In this document: positions 24,645-36,316 of the stretch, piece after piece | Position numbering within the stretch: position 1 is the first letter of the stretch | How the letters are laid out: each line of letters begins with the position of its first letter | Assembly: GCA_028534125.1 (NCBI GenBank) | Contig: CM052817.1 | Location: forward strand, 104,224,001 to 104,288,000 | Origin: Lama glama | Lineage: Eukaryota | Reading direction: 5' to 3' | Length of the DNA stretch: 64,000 bases | Notes under the pieces: generated by a model | Told to the model about the DNA's origin: nothing | The model's database searches: none | What the model saw: only the letters and a program-made list of their open reading frames with translations | Made by a program: the position numbers and the translations under genes

Positions 24645-26940
24645 TCTGAGTGATTTTTAAAATAAACTTTTAGCATGTGCTTGAAATGTACTCTTAATAA
24701 GGTACAAAGCTCAATTTCTTTTTCTGAATTTAATCTTAATCATCGTAAAATCATATACTCTATTCTCTTCATTTTCTGGGTTTTTTGGTCAATATTGGAA
24801 AAGCAGCCGTGTCTAAATCTCAAACCTTAACAATTGTATTTTTGTAAATATCTCCTTTTATCACTGACAGTTTTATTGCATGTATGTATTTAATAGTATT
24901 CAGGGAGAGGATTAAGCTTTTGTGACTATTTACAGGCATTCATTACTTTCTGAAAACATTTGTAAAAGTCAAACAATTTCTTTCCCAGAGAGCATTAAAA
25001 CCGTTCACTTATAGTAGGACAGAATTACAATGGAAAAGCCTGTTTTTCAAAGGTTTATCAAGATTATATTTATTGTAAAAAATTTGATTGTCACTTCCGT
25101 GAAATGGTACTTTACCAAAGATTTGATCAGAATATCTGTAAAAGAAGGGAAAATTAGCCCACAGTTAAGGAACATTTAGATAATGTAAAGGAGGTTGTAA
25201 AAAGTCACTTTTAAATTGATTTTTTCATAAGTTTTGGTATCTATTCTCTCCTAAATAGAGAATTTGAAAATTTCCATAGACTATGTAAATTATGTAAAGC
25301 TTGAATAATAACTGTCAAAAAAATCTTTATTTCTACGAATACACAAAGAACAAATCCAAGGTTGGAGACCAACTTGCTGTCACTCATCCTCTATTTGCTT
25401 TAAGAGCCTTCCCCCACCTGCTGGGCAAATGATGAAGAATGTATAATCAGGAGAATGAAAGGCAAAAGTCTAATCAATTCACATTTATTAATGTCCAGGG
25501 TGTGCTGGGTTTGTGCACTTAGACTGTGGTGACAGTTCGAATTAAGTGACAGTAAGAAATGCTGGGGGTGGGGGGGAATGCTAGGGCACCAGTGTCCAGG
25601 AAACAGGAGAACTGGTGTTATGACAGCGTCACGGATCAAATACAAGTATGGTCATTGCAGGGTTGAGCTCAGTTTCTCTTCAGTTATCGTCCTCTTTATC
25701 AAAAACAGGTTAAACATAGACTAGCAAGTGTATGGGCTAAATGCCGTTATTTTTAATGCACACCATGGCCGAGGGCAAGGAGAATTTCCTGGCACTTTGC
25801 CATGAGTGGTGTAAGATTCCACAGTGGTAGTGGAATCTGAAAACTTGAATGTAGGGAAAGTAAAAAGTTTCCCTGATCAAGGAAAAGAGTTCTAGGCTTT
25901 GGAATAGAGCCCTGAGAAAGACGGTTACCATTTCTGCAACAGGCTATATTCTGAGTACAAGTCAGCGTTTATTTTAATTACAAACTAAAGCAGAAGCAAG
26001 TCCCTCTTTTAGGGGCACAGAAATTAATCAAGAACCATATAATCATCAAAAACAGAGAACAACAAGCCCTCAAGCTAATGTCAAACATCGTTAAGTAGAT
26101 GTGTTCTTCACACAAAATGCAGAAAACGTAACGGGGCTTCTAGCACTGTGGGCACTTGGACTGGTTAAGGAGAATGAGGTAAATAATAAGAGCTTCTGTT
26201 TTTGTATAGCTTTGTAATTTAAAAAGCCCAAGACTTTAATCTCTAAAAGTCTCAAAAATCCGTTCAGATACCATTTATCAGCAGACTGTGTTCCACAAAG
26301 AGAACTTGTATCTGATGGCAAATCATAATGGAACAATTTAACTTTCATAATGTGTCATTTATCTAGGAAAAGCCTTTCTGGGACTTGCTTGAAATTAACA
26401 AGTGACTTGCTTTATAATCATGTGTCTTTTAGTTTACATAGTTCTGTACATTTGTCAAAGTATTTTTACATGCTTTGTTTCATGTGACAGTCTCTACATG
26501 ACTTTCTAAATAATTTCCATCATTCCTGCTGCCTCACATTTTGATCTGCATGGATTAGGGTTACAGCCACTGGACAACTTTGCAAACACCAGCCTCCTAC
26601 TGACAGGCCACAAGATTATTTTGTTGTGTTCTGCTTTGCTTATTCCATGACAACAGACAAGAAGAAGGGTCGTTCACTGTCTTAATGATCAATGTGGATC
26701 ACCACGGAATTGAGCTGCAGCTAACAAGTAGCATTAACCAGGAAAATGGTCAAAGCCATGGAATGACCCACACTGAAGTCCAGTTCAAAAGCCAGCTCTT
26801 GTGGATTTTAAGTGTAATGTCTTGTATGTATTTCTTGTCTTTTTCCACTTAAATCTGTCTTCGAAGATAGTTTCAAATGTCACTTCCTTCGCATTCCATG
26901 GTGCTGCCGATACTGCTGTGGGTAAATCTGCATTTAAAAG

Positions 26941-26990
26941 TTGTACACCAGAAATTGGCACATTGTAACTGACTATACTTCAAAAAAAAA
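26941..26990 (+). mobile_element. Extremely truncated (about 50 bp) camelid L1 3' end
   Basis: tgtacaccagaaattggcacattgtaactgactatacttc plus A13, inserted at a TT/AAAA site with aaaag on both sides. Confidence 0.85.
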
Positions 26991-27425
26991 AAAAGCTACT
27001 GGCTATTTAGGGGATAATTACAGGACATTTCTTTCTTTTATTGGTTCAGATTGAAACAAAAGACAGTTCCTTTTTGTCGATATCTATTCTGTTCTTTTCT
27101 TTGAGTAAGAGAACCTTGAGTTTTTAGCTGGGCATTTGACTTTCTGAAATAATGACCACAGTGTCCAGTCTCCCTCCCAGCAACTAGATGTGGTGGTGTA
27201 TCTCCATTCTGCCGATGGTTTGTTAGCAGAAATGTCCTTACAAGCTGGATGCCAGATTTTTCTCCCATGTTTTTCTTCCTCTTGGCTGGGATACAGATGT
27301 GATGGCTGGATCTGAAAGCTAGAAAGAACCTGTATTTCTGAGGACTTCACAGTTCTGATTTACCAGTTCTAGGCTCAGGATTATTTTTTTCCTGAGAAAA
27401 GAAATACTTCTTGCTTAACCTCCTC

Positions 27426-27817
27426 TGTGTTAGTTTGCGAAGGTTCCCATAACAAAGTACCATAGGCTGGATGGTTTAAAAACTGGAAATTTATTTTCTC
27501 ACAATTCTGGAGGCCAGAAATCTGATGTTAAGATGTTAGAAGGGTTGGTTTCTCTGGGGCCTCTCTCCTTGACGTAGCCACAGAAATCTCTCTCTGTCTT
27601 CAGGTGGTCTCTCCTCTGTGCATGTTTGAGTCCAAATTTCCTCTTCTTATACAGAAGCCAATCATATTGATTAGGGCTCATGCATATGATCTCACTTTAC
27701 CTGAATTACCTTTTGAATGGCCCTCTCTTCAAGTATAGTCATTCTAAGTCATTTTAAGCTACTGGGGTTAGGTCTTCAATATATGAACTTTGGCAAGAGA
27801 CAATTTAGCCCATAACA
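27426..27817 (-). mobile_element. MLT1B-like MaLR solo LTR
   Basis: tgtgttagttt...cataacaaagtaccataggctgg...tctggaggccagaaatc...acaatttagcccataaca. Confidence 0.9.
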
Positions 27818-28616
27818 GCTCCTTTATTTTATTTTATTTTTAAAATTTAACCTGAAGCCAAACATATTCCTGACACTACATGGGGATATTCAAATGGTCA
27901 TTAGATGACCTGGCTGAGATGTGTGGACCTAGAAGGCCTCCTAGAGCTTTTCTCCTCAGCAGGCCTGACTTCTCACCTGGTTCAGGCACACACCCCCCCC
28001 TGGCGGAGAAAACCTGTCCTGCCAAGCTTACTGCAGAGCAGAAAGCCAGCAGAAGTTGTGTGTCCTCTGCTCCCGGAGACCAGAACCAGGACACTGAACC
28101 AAGGGTGTGAGTTTCTTCTTCCAAACTCACCAGGCAGGTTACTCAGTCACTCCATCCTCTGACCATCATGGCTGAGCAAGCAGGCATGCCTCTTGAGTTT
28201 TCTGACTAAAAACTCGCCACGTGGAAACATGAAGCTAAGGAAAATGACTTTCCTCCCCATACTGTTGCTGAATAAACCTTCTTTTACATAACTGCTACTA
28301 CTGATTTTTTAAATTTCATTTTGCATTTAATTTTTTTAATAGGCTAATAACCTATCGCAAGCCGGAAGTCTTGAGGATGTGGGCATGCATTCTTCAAGTC
28401 ATTATTAGTTACTCTAACGATCTCTTGGAGGAAGGACATTTCACTGGGGGCTTTGGAAGGTTCCTATTTGGGAGACTTGGTAGAAGCTGGAACACTAGAG
28501 AGGGTACATTGCAGGAGTCACAGTACATAAGGAAGAGACCACGTTGCTGGGATCACGTTGAAGCCACTGGCAGGGCTGAGCTCTCAGGAGGACTGAGTCC
28601 ATTTGTTCGAATGGAC

Positions 28617-28822
28617 CCGAGTTTGGCAAGCTACATCTTATGTGCCAGATTCAACCTTTTGCCTATTTTACAAATAGTTTCATTGGAACACATTGTTGCT
28701 ACAAGATCTATGTCTGCTGTGTGCTAAGGCAACAAAGTTGAGTCATTATCAGTGAGAACATACTGTCCACAAGACCTAAAATATTTACTGTATGGCTCTT
28801 TCTAAAAATATTTGCTGCCCTG
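28617..28822. mobile_element. MER58A-like hAT-Charlie MITE
   Basis: tttcattggaacaca...cctaaaatatttactgtatggctctttctaaaaatatttgctgccctg. Confidence 0.8.
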
Positions 28823-30214
28823 GACCTAGAAGAGAGTCATATGAAATGCTTTCATGTTTAGCCATTTATTTGCCCTCTTTAAAATGCTAAATTATCACAC
28901 ATAATTGGTTATGTTTAATTTAGCTATTCATAGAAAATTTTTATGGATTAAGTCAGAGGAATGGATGAATTCCGCATTTCTTCACACACTAAGGATTTCG
29001 TCCTTATAATGTTCTGCTATGCTTAGAAAAGTATGACACCTCTTCCTCTAGGCTCAGAACCAGTGTTCTAGTTAAGATCCAATTAGATAATTTTATTTCC
29101 AGGGTACCCTAATGAGAAAAATGGGTGGAGAATTTTTTTCAATAGATTTAACAGGGTAGCTAGTGAAATTTTTTCTCAGTGAATTAATGGTTTAGGGTAC
29201 TCATTCACTAACATGTCTCAGTTTCATTAATATTAAATGCAAGCTAATTCTCAGATAACATTCCTTTAAATACATGCATGCAAATAACCTGATGGTTTTC
29301 CATACACAATTAAAAAAAAAACAACTCTAAATTAACTTAATCTGAGTTACCCAATTTTATTTTCTAGAAAATTGAAGTTCCTTATTTCTTCAAAATCTAT
29401 TCAGAGTTCTTAGATTACGGAAGATAAGCCTTGATTTTCAGCTCATTAGTCTGAATAAAACATCTGATTGAATGTGGTTTAATGGAAGAAAAATCAGATT
29501 TAGTGTTGAGCGATAAAGCATGCCCCTCCCACTGGATGGTTGAACCCAGTCCCTTATAGCGGGCAGGCATTTTAAATTACAGGCGTGGAACACTTTCTCT
29601 TTCCCTTGAAAATGTGTGTAGTGTTTCATGCTAATTACAGTCTAAGTATGGATTAAACATGATTGTAAGTGTCATTTATATTTACCACTGTGGGATGCAA
29701 TTTATGGGCTTGCAGTGAGAGAAATGCTTATGTTTACGTGAATGAAAGATAACGTTAAGCCTCTGCAATCAGAATCCTGGAGTGCTGCAAAAGTTTATTA
29801 TCATCTCACATTTAAACACTTGCTGTTTCTATTACTGCTGATGGTTTTCCATAGTAACCGCTACCTGAACACAATTTAATTACATTGTTCAGCAATTTAA
29901 ATTAAATTAGGTTGATCCAGAAGGGGCTGCTTACAGAAGGATAGTATACTATAGTGTATCAATTAACACTTATTAAAAGTAATTTTTAAGTGCCTCACAG
30001 AACTGTATTACTGGGGAAAATTATGATGTTAAAAAAAGAAAATAATGAAGTGTGGTTATTGATTTTCTTTTCTTAATGTTATATCTTGGCAGAATGAGAT
30101 AAACTTTATTGATCTCCTGGTTTATATTCTCTATTTTCCCTGTAGACTGTTAGATCTCTAGTCACCGTGTGCCAATAAATCTATTTAAGAAAAAAAAATG
30201 TATATAGCCTATAA

Positions 30215-30590
30215 ATCCATTAATTCCACTTCCAAGAGTGTAATTGCAAAAATTATATGGAAGGATGCCCACCATAGATGATGTATGATAATTTTAAAAA
30301 TTTCAACCTTTGGTAGTATGTTAAATCAGTTGAGACCCAGTCCTATGATGAAATACTGCACAGCCATTTAAAAAGAGGTTTACTATGAATTATAATTAAA
30401 TCAATGAAGCCCATAAAATTATACATGCAATATACACGCACACTAATACATATACACATATATAAGCATATAAATGCTTAGTAGTTATCCCTGGATTGTG
30501 GGTTTTACATTTTTTCTTCTTTCTTCTCTTTTCTATTTTCTTCTTTTCTTCGGTGATCTTGTATTATATTTGCTATTGGATAAGACAAAT
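30215..30590 (+). mobile_element. Degenerate L1ME fragment
   Basis: taattccacttc..., tgaaatactgcacagccatttaaaa, gtagttatccctggattgtggg. Confidence 0.45.
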
Positions 30591-30874
30591 GTGAAATATC
30601 TTTAAAATGTAAAAGAATTTATCAGTTGTGAATGCTAGGAACACTTGCTTTGTGTAGGGCAGACTTTTTCTGTGATTTCTTGGCCCCTTCACCCTCTTAG
30701 TGATCCATGGACACACTCCCTAGTCATCTGTTTATAATTATTGTCCTTTCAGTTTGAACCTGTGGCTGTTACCTCTGTTCAGATGCAGCAGAAAAGACAC
30801 ATTGTGCATATAATGATCATTTCCTTGGCATGTCACCTATTTACAGAAATTGAAACCTTTTAAAGGAATGTGCT

Positions 30875-33871
30875 TTTTCACTTCTTGCCTGACTGCTCTG
30901 GCTAGGGACTTAGAGCACTACATTGGTAAGAGTGGTGAGACTGGGCACCTTGTCTTGTTCCTGATCTTAGAGGAAAAGGCTTTTATTCTTTTACCATTGC
31001 ATGTAATTTGTGCAGTTGTCATAATGACCCTTATTGTGTTGCAGTACATTTCTTTCTATACCCAATTTGTTTGAGAGTTCTAGTCATGAAAGGATATTGA
31101 ATTTTGTCAAGTGCTTTTTCTGCATCTATTGAGGTGATCTTTTTTTTTTTTCAATCTTTCACTCCAACTTTACTGCAACTCATCACACTCATTGATTTGT
31201 GTATGTTGAACCATCATCCTTCCATCCCAGGGATAAATTCCACTTAATCGTGGTGTATAATCCTTTTGATGCTGTGTTGAATTCAGTTTGCCAGTGTTTT
31301 GTTGAGAATTTTTGTGCTTATATTCACCAGGGATATTGGTCTATAGTTTTCTTGTAATGTCCTTACCTAGCTCTGTTTGGCCTCAAAAAAATGAGTTTGG
31401 AAGTATTCCCTCCTCTTCAAATTTTTTGGATGAATTTGAAAAGATCTGGTGTTAATTTTTCTTTAAATCTTTGGTAGAATTCACCTGTGAAACCATTTGG
31501 TCCTGAATTTTCTTTGTTAGGCAGTTTTGATTATTGATTCAATCTCCTTATTCATTGTTGGTCTGTTCATATTTTCTGTTTCTTCATAATTCAGTTTTAA
31601 TAGGTTTTATCTTTCTAGGAATCTATTTGTTTTTTCTAGATTTTCCAATTTGTTGGCATATCATTGTTCATAGTAGAATCTTATAATCCTTTGTATTTCT
31701 GTGGTGTCCCATAAGTTTGGGTATAGTGTGTTTCCATTCTCATTTGTTTCAAGACATTTAGAAATTTCCCTTTCAATGTCTTCTCTGACCTGTTGGTCGT
31801 TGGGAGTGTATTGTCTACTTACCTTTTACTTGTGAATTTTGTTGCTTTCCTCCTGTTATTTATTTCTAGTTTTACTCCATCATGATCAGAAAAGCTTCTT
31901 GATATGATTTCTGTTCTCTTGAATTTGTTGAGAATTGTTTTGTGGTCTAACATGATGTATCCTAAAAAAATGTTCTGTGTTTCCTCGAGAAGAATATGTA
32001 TTTTGTTCCTGTTATATGAAACACGCCATATATGTCTGTTAGGTCCCTTTGTCTAAAGTGTTGTTCAAGTTTGCTGTTTCCTTACTGGGTCTGTTGGGAT
32101 GATCTATTCATTGTTGGGAGTGGGGTATTAAAGTCTCCAGTTACTGTTGTATTGCTATTTATTTCTCCTTTTAGCTCTGTTAGTATTTGTTTTACAAATG
32201 TAGATGCTCTGATGTTGGGTGCATAAGGGTTTGCAATTGTTACATCTCCTTGATGGATTGACCCCTTTATCATTCTATCGTGACTTTCCTTGTGTCTTTT
32301 GATCATTTTAAATTTGAAGTCTATTTTGTCTGACATATGTATAACTTTCTTTTGGTTACCATTTGCTTGAATTATTTTTTGTATCCCTTTACGCTCAGTC
32401 TGTGTGTGTTCTCAAAGCTAAAGTAAGTCTCTTGTTGGCAGCATATGATAGGATCTTGCTTTTTATTCCTTCAGCCATTCTGTCTTTTGACTGGAGAATT
32501 TAGTCCACTTACATCTAAAGTCATTGTGGATAGGTAAAGATTTATCATTACCATTTTGTGCATTTTTTTCTCTCTGTTTTGTAGATTCCTTGTTCGTTGT
32601 TTTCTCTCTTGCTGTCTGTGATTTGATTACCACCGTATGCTCTCACTCTTTTACCATAATCTTTTGTGTATCTCCTCAGCTGGACAAGGGTCCAGAGCCT
32701 CTTGTCGGCGGGGGCCACGTGCTGTGCTCCACACCTGGATGGAGTCACTTGCTGGGCTCCCTCCTGGGCAAGGTCACAGGCTGCATTCAACAATCAGCAG
32801 GGCTACTGGCTGGGTTGTGCTGCAGGGCAGGGACGTAGGCAGGGCCACACGACTGGGTTGTACAATACACTGTTGATTGAGGCTGTCCAGGGTCATCATT
32901 CAGACTCCCTGGCTATGTAGGGCCAGTGGCTGAATTTAACCTCTGGGTGGGCTGCTGGCTTAATTCTCTGCCCAAATACAGCTGTAGGATGGCCTCTGAA
33001 GCTGGCAGGATTCTCTGGCCAGGCTTCCTGGTTGCATGGAACTGGAGACCATATTCAGCTGTGGAACAGGGCTGCAGATTTGCTTCTGTGTCCAGGGAGG
33101 GCATTAGACCTCCCATCAGGTTCCAGTTAGGGCCACTGGCTCAGCTCTGCAAATGGACAGAGCTGTGGCTGGGACTTCTGCTTTGATATTGCAGCAAATG
33201 TACGTAGGATGGGCTTCATAGCTGCTCCGGTTCTCTGGCCAGGCTTCCTGGCCCATCAGGACTGGAGGCTACACGCAGCAGTAGGTGGGGCTTTGAATTT
33301 GCCTCCCTGCCCAGGTGAGACTGTAGAGGAGTCTCCATGGCTGGAATAGCCCTGTTGGTTGCACCTAAATCAGGCAGAACTGCCCACTGAGCTCCCTGGG
33401 CAAACAGGGCCATGGGCTCTGCCCTGCAGATGGGCAGAGCTGCAGGCTGGGATCTCTGCGCAGGGGGAGCTTCGAGGAGGAATGTGGTCTGACAACATCT
33501 GAGCTTTGGTTGCTGTCAGCCCTGCCCTGTCTCTCCATTTCTGTCTGATCCTAGGTGATCAAGCCCCTCAGATTTCCCCAGTGATCTCTGTGAGGCAAGA
33601 CCCAAGTAGGCCTGTTGAGAAGTGCCCTTGCTCAATGCTGGGGAAGCTAGATGTTCACCTCAGGCTCTTTGTTTTCTTCCTGGAGAAACCATAGACCAGC
33701 TGGTCCTCCTGGGGCAGCACTGGGCTGGCCTGGGAAGGATGATGACGCCAGAGTGTAGCTGCTCTTCTTACCCTTCGAATGCCATTCTTTCCTGTCACTG
33801 TGGTCCAAGAGCCTGCTACAGCCTCATCCCTGGGTTCCAGACACCTGTTGCCATGTTGATGCCAACACTCC
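30875..33871 (-). mobile_element. Old L1M: 5' UTR (about 32670-33871) joined to inter-ORF and ORF2 N-terminal half; ORF1 and 3' end absent
   Basis: ORF 32082-32336 (-) is the L1 endonuclease domain (SDKIDFK...KGSIHQ...YAPN...GDFNTPL). The adjoining GC-rich tract has internal repeats (ctctggccaggcttcctgg at about 33013 and 33233) and ends in an L1-like 5' start. Confidence 0.8.
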
Positions 33872-35099
33872 TAGCTTGTAAGTTTCTGGTACTGAAAATA
33901 TACTACTGATGTATGTGATATTTCTGGCCTCTTTCTCTTTCTGTCTCGGTCTCCCTCTCTCTTTCTCTCTCTGATGGTATCAATAGAGTATCCTTAATTA
34001 CCGTGTGCTGCAAACATTTTGAATGTCATAGGTACACGGTTAATATTGTTGACCGAAACCCACTACCTATGACCAAAAGAAGCTTCATTTTGATAGGTGC
34101 AGAAGACGGTTCAGATTTTCATATTGGCTGCTGATTAAAATCTTTTGTTTGGGTAGGATGTGGGCTGAGTTTGGATCTTCTTCCTATTGATTACCAAGCT
34201 ATATTGCTGAATTCATCCTGTGGCACGAGCCATCAGCACCTCACGTCTTCTCATACATGTGCTGTGTGTAGACATCAACATTTGGATGAGTGTCTTGAGA
34301 ATCTGAGAGCTGTAGCATTTAGAGAAGGGTGTTATGTGTAGCCCAATGAGTTGCAGGTTTTAAAGGATGTATGCCAACACCAACCTCCAGGTCTCTCGTT
34401 CTGCTTTCTAGCTACCTCGCTTCTGTTGGTGTTGGAACAAAACAGGTGAGCCAGGTACTGGGGTCTCTTGCATGACCTTCAGCATGGCTTTACCTGAATT
34501 AATATATGTTGGTATAATTACACAGGAGGCAGACTTTCTTAGTAACTGACATCGTTCAGTTTGATTTAATTTCTAAATAGGAGAAATGAATCAAGATGGA
34601 CAGGACAGACTGACCAGATCAAATGAGAAATTACAGTTCCATTTCAGGCCAACCTATCAATTCATCTAGAAGCTTTTTTTCCCCCTTGTGCACCACTATT
34701 GTCTTATCTGATAAAAAAATGCAATCTCAAAGATAAGTTATTGCAGAATATTCTGATCTCAAAACTCTATACAAATATATAGCTGACTGGTTTTGAATGA
34801 AAGGTTTTATTCTGTTAAGGTCTGGGTGTTTTGTTTAAGTGGCATTGACAGACACAGCAGGCAGGCAACATCTCCTAACCTACATGTTTTCCTTCAAAAC
34901 ATTACTGAGTTTTACATCATAATCTATTACTGCTCTTATAATTCATTTGTCGCCTGCAGGCGCCCTACTTTTTCTTAAAACAACTAAACAAAATGGCACA
35001 AACAAAACACAAAATAAATGAGCTTTTACTGACACGTGAAGTATATTCCACTCATTTACAGTTTATTTTGTTAAGAAAGGTATAAAACAAAGATTTATG

Positions 35100-35430
35100 A
35101 TAGAAATATAAAATTGAAAAGTCATATAAAATAGAAAATGCAAACGTATATGAAAAAACAATTTTTATGATTAAGCATAAAGATTTAGCTGTGAGCTTCC
35201 AAAAGCAAGGCAAGTATGCCAAAAGGGCTGCTGTGTAATTCTCATGATCAGACCAGACAAAATACAGAAGTTACTGAAGAAACACCATTCTTTCTGACAT
35301 TAGAGTCTGCAAAGGAATTTATCACATGGATCCAAAAGCAAGAGTTAAGGACAGTAGATGATACTATCTGAACCATGGGTTGGTAAAAGATGCAAAAATT
35401 GTTCATAAAAATACCCTATTGATTTTCAGA
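35100..35430. mobile_element. Possible L4 (RTE-X) ancient LINE fragment
   Basis: gctgtgagcttcc...taattctcatgatcag...gaatttatcacatggatcc resembles the recalled L4 consensus; very degenerate. Confidence 0.4.
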
Positions 35431-35629
35431 GGAAGCCAAAAGCAAATGGTTAAATTAATACTGAGTGAAATATGCTGGAAATTCGTGTGTGAGGGAGGTG
35501 TGTTTGCGTGTGAGTATGCTACCTGATATCAAAGGCAAGCATTAGATACTTGATATTTAGAGATGCTTGTCTCTAAAGGACAGGAGAATAGTGTGTTCCT
35601 TAAATAGGCTTGTCAAATACCAGTTTTCT

Positions 35630-36105
35630 TGTCAAGTGGTCTAAACTGAAACACACAACATGAGAGCTGTGAGTTCAGTTTTATTTGAGGCTTACTGAGG
35701 ACCACAGCCAAGGAGGGGAGCAGCCCCTTAGAAAGCTCTAAGGAACTGCTCTACAGACTAGGGGGAGTTCAGGACACACATGATTTTGGTGAAGGCAGCG
35801 TGTGCAATCAAACACACATCTCTGGAGCAGGTTGCTGCCAGCCTTGAGCGGGAGATGTCTCCATCAATTTTAGTGCTTCTCTTTAGGTGTGAGAAGACAC
35901 AAGAAATTGGGCTCATAAAATTTTCTCCTGAAAGTATCTAGCTGCCTGAAGACCTGTTCTGCCAGTTTCTCTCAGGCCACAGAGGGCCTCGTTCCTGCTC
36001 TCCGCCCTGAATTCCTTACGGGCTGTGTTACAGGTCAGCGACTGCAGTGGTTAGTGACTTCATCCTTGTAAAACCAGATGACAAGCCACATTTTTTTCGT
36101 TGTCA
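35630..36105 (-). mobile_element. MER41-like (cetartiodactyl) ERV1 solo LTR
   Basis: TG...CA ends; acaacatgagagctgtgagttcagttttattt, aagctctaaggaactgctc, gggctcataaaattttctcctgaaa, ggtcagcgactgcagtgg. Confidence 0.75.
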
Positions 36106-36235
36106 GGACCTACACTTAGCAGTAGCAACTTATTCTTCCTATCCATTGCCTGAGGTCCAAACAAGATATAAACCTGCTGCGGTGCTGATAAAAGAGGAAA
36201 CGTGTTATTTGGACTCTAGCCAGATACATGACAAG

Positions 36236-36316
36236 TTTTCTCTTCTCTCTTCTCTATCTCCTCAGCTCCTTTCTCCTCTTTTTTTCTTTTCTTTCTTTCT
36301 TTCTTTTTTTTTTTTT
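36236..36316. repeat. Pyrimidine-rich (CT/TTTC)n and poly-T tract
   Basis: Read directly from the sequence. Confidence 0.85.

Noticed and set aside
25815..25835. Iron-responsive element (CAGTGG loop)
   Set aside because: The required 5-bp upper stem closing CAGUGN and the bulged C are absent.
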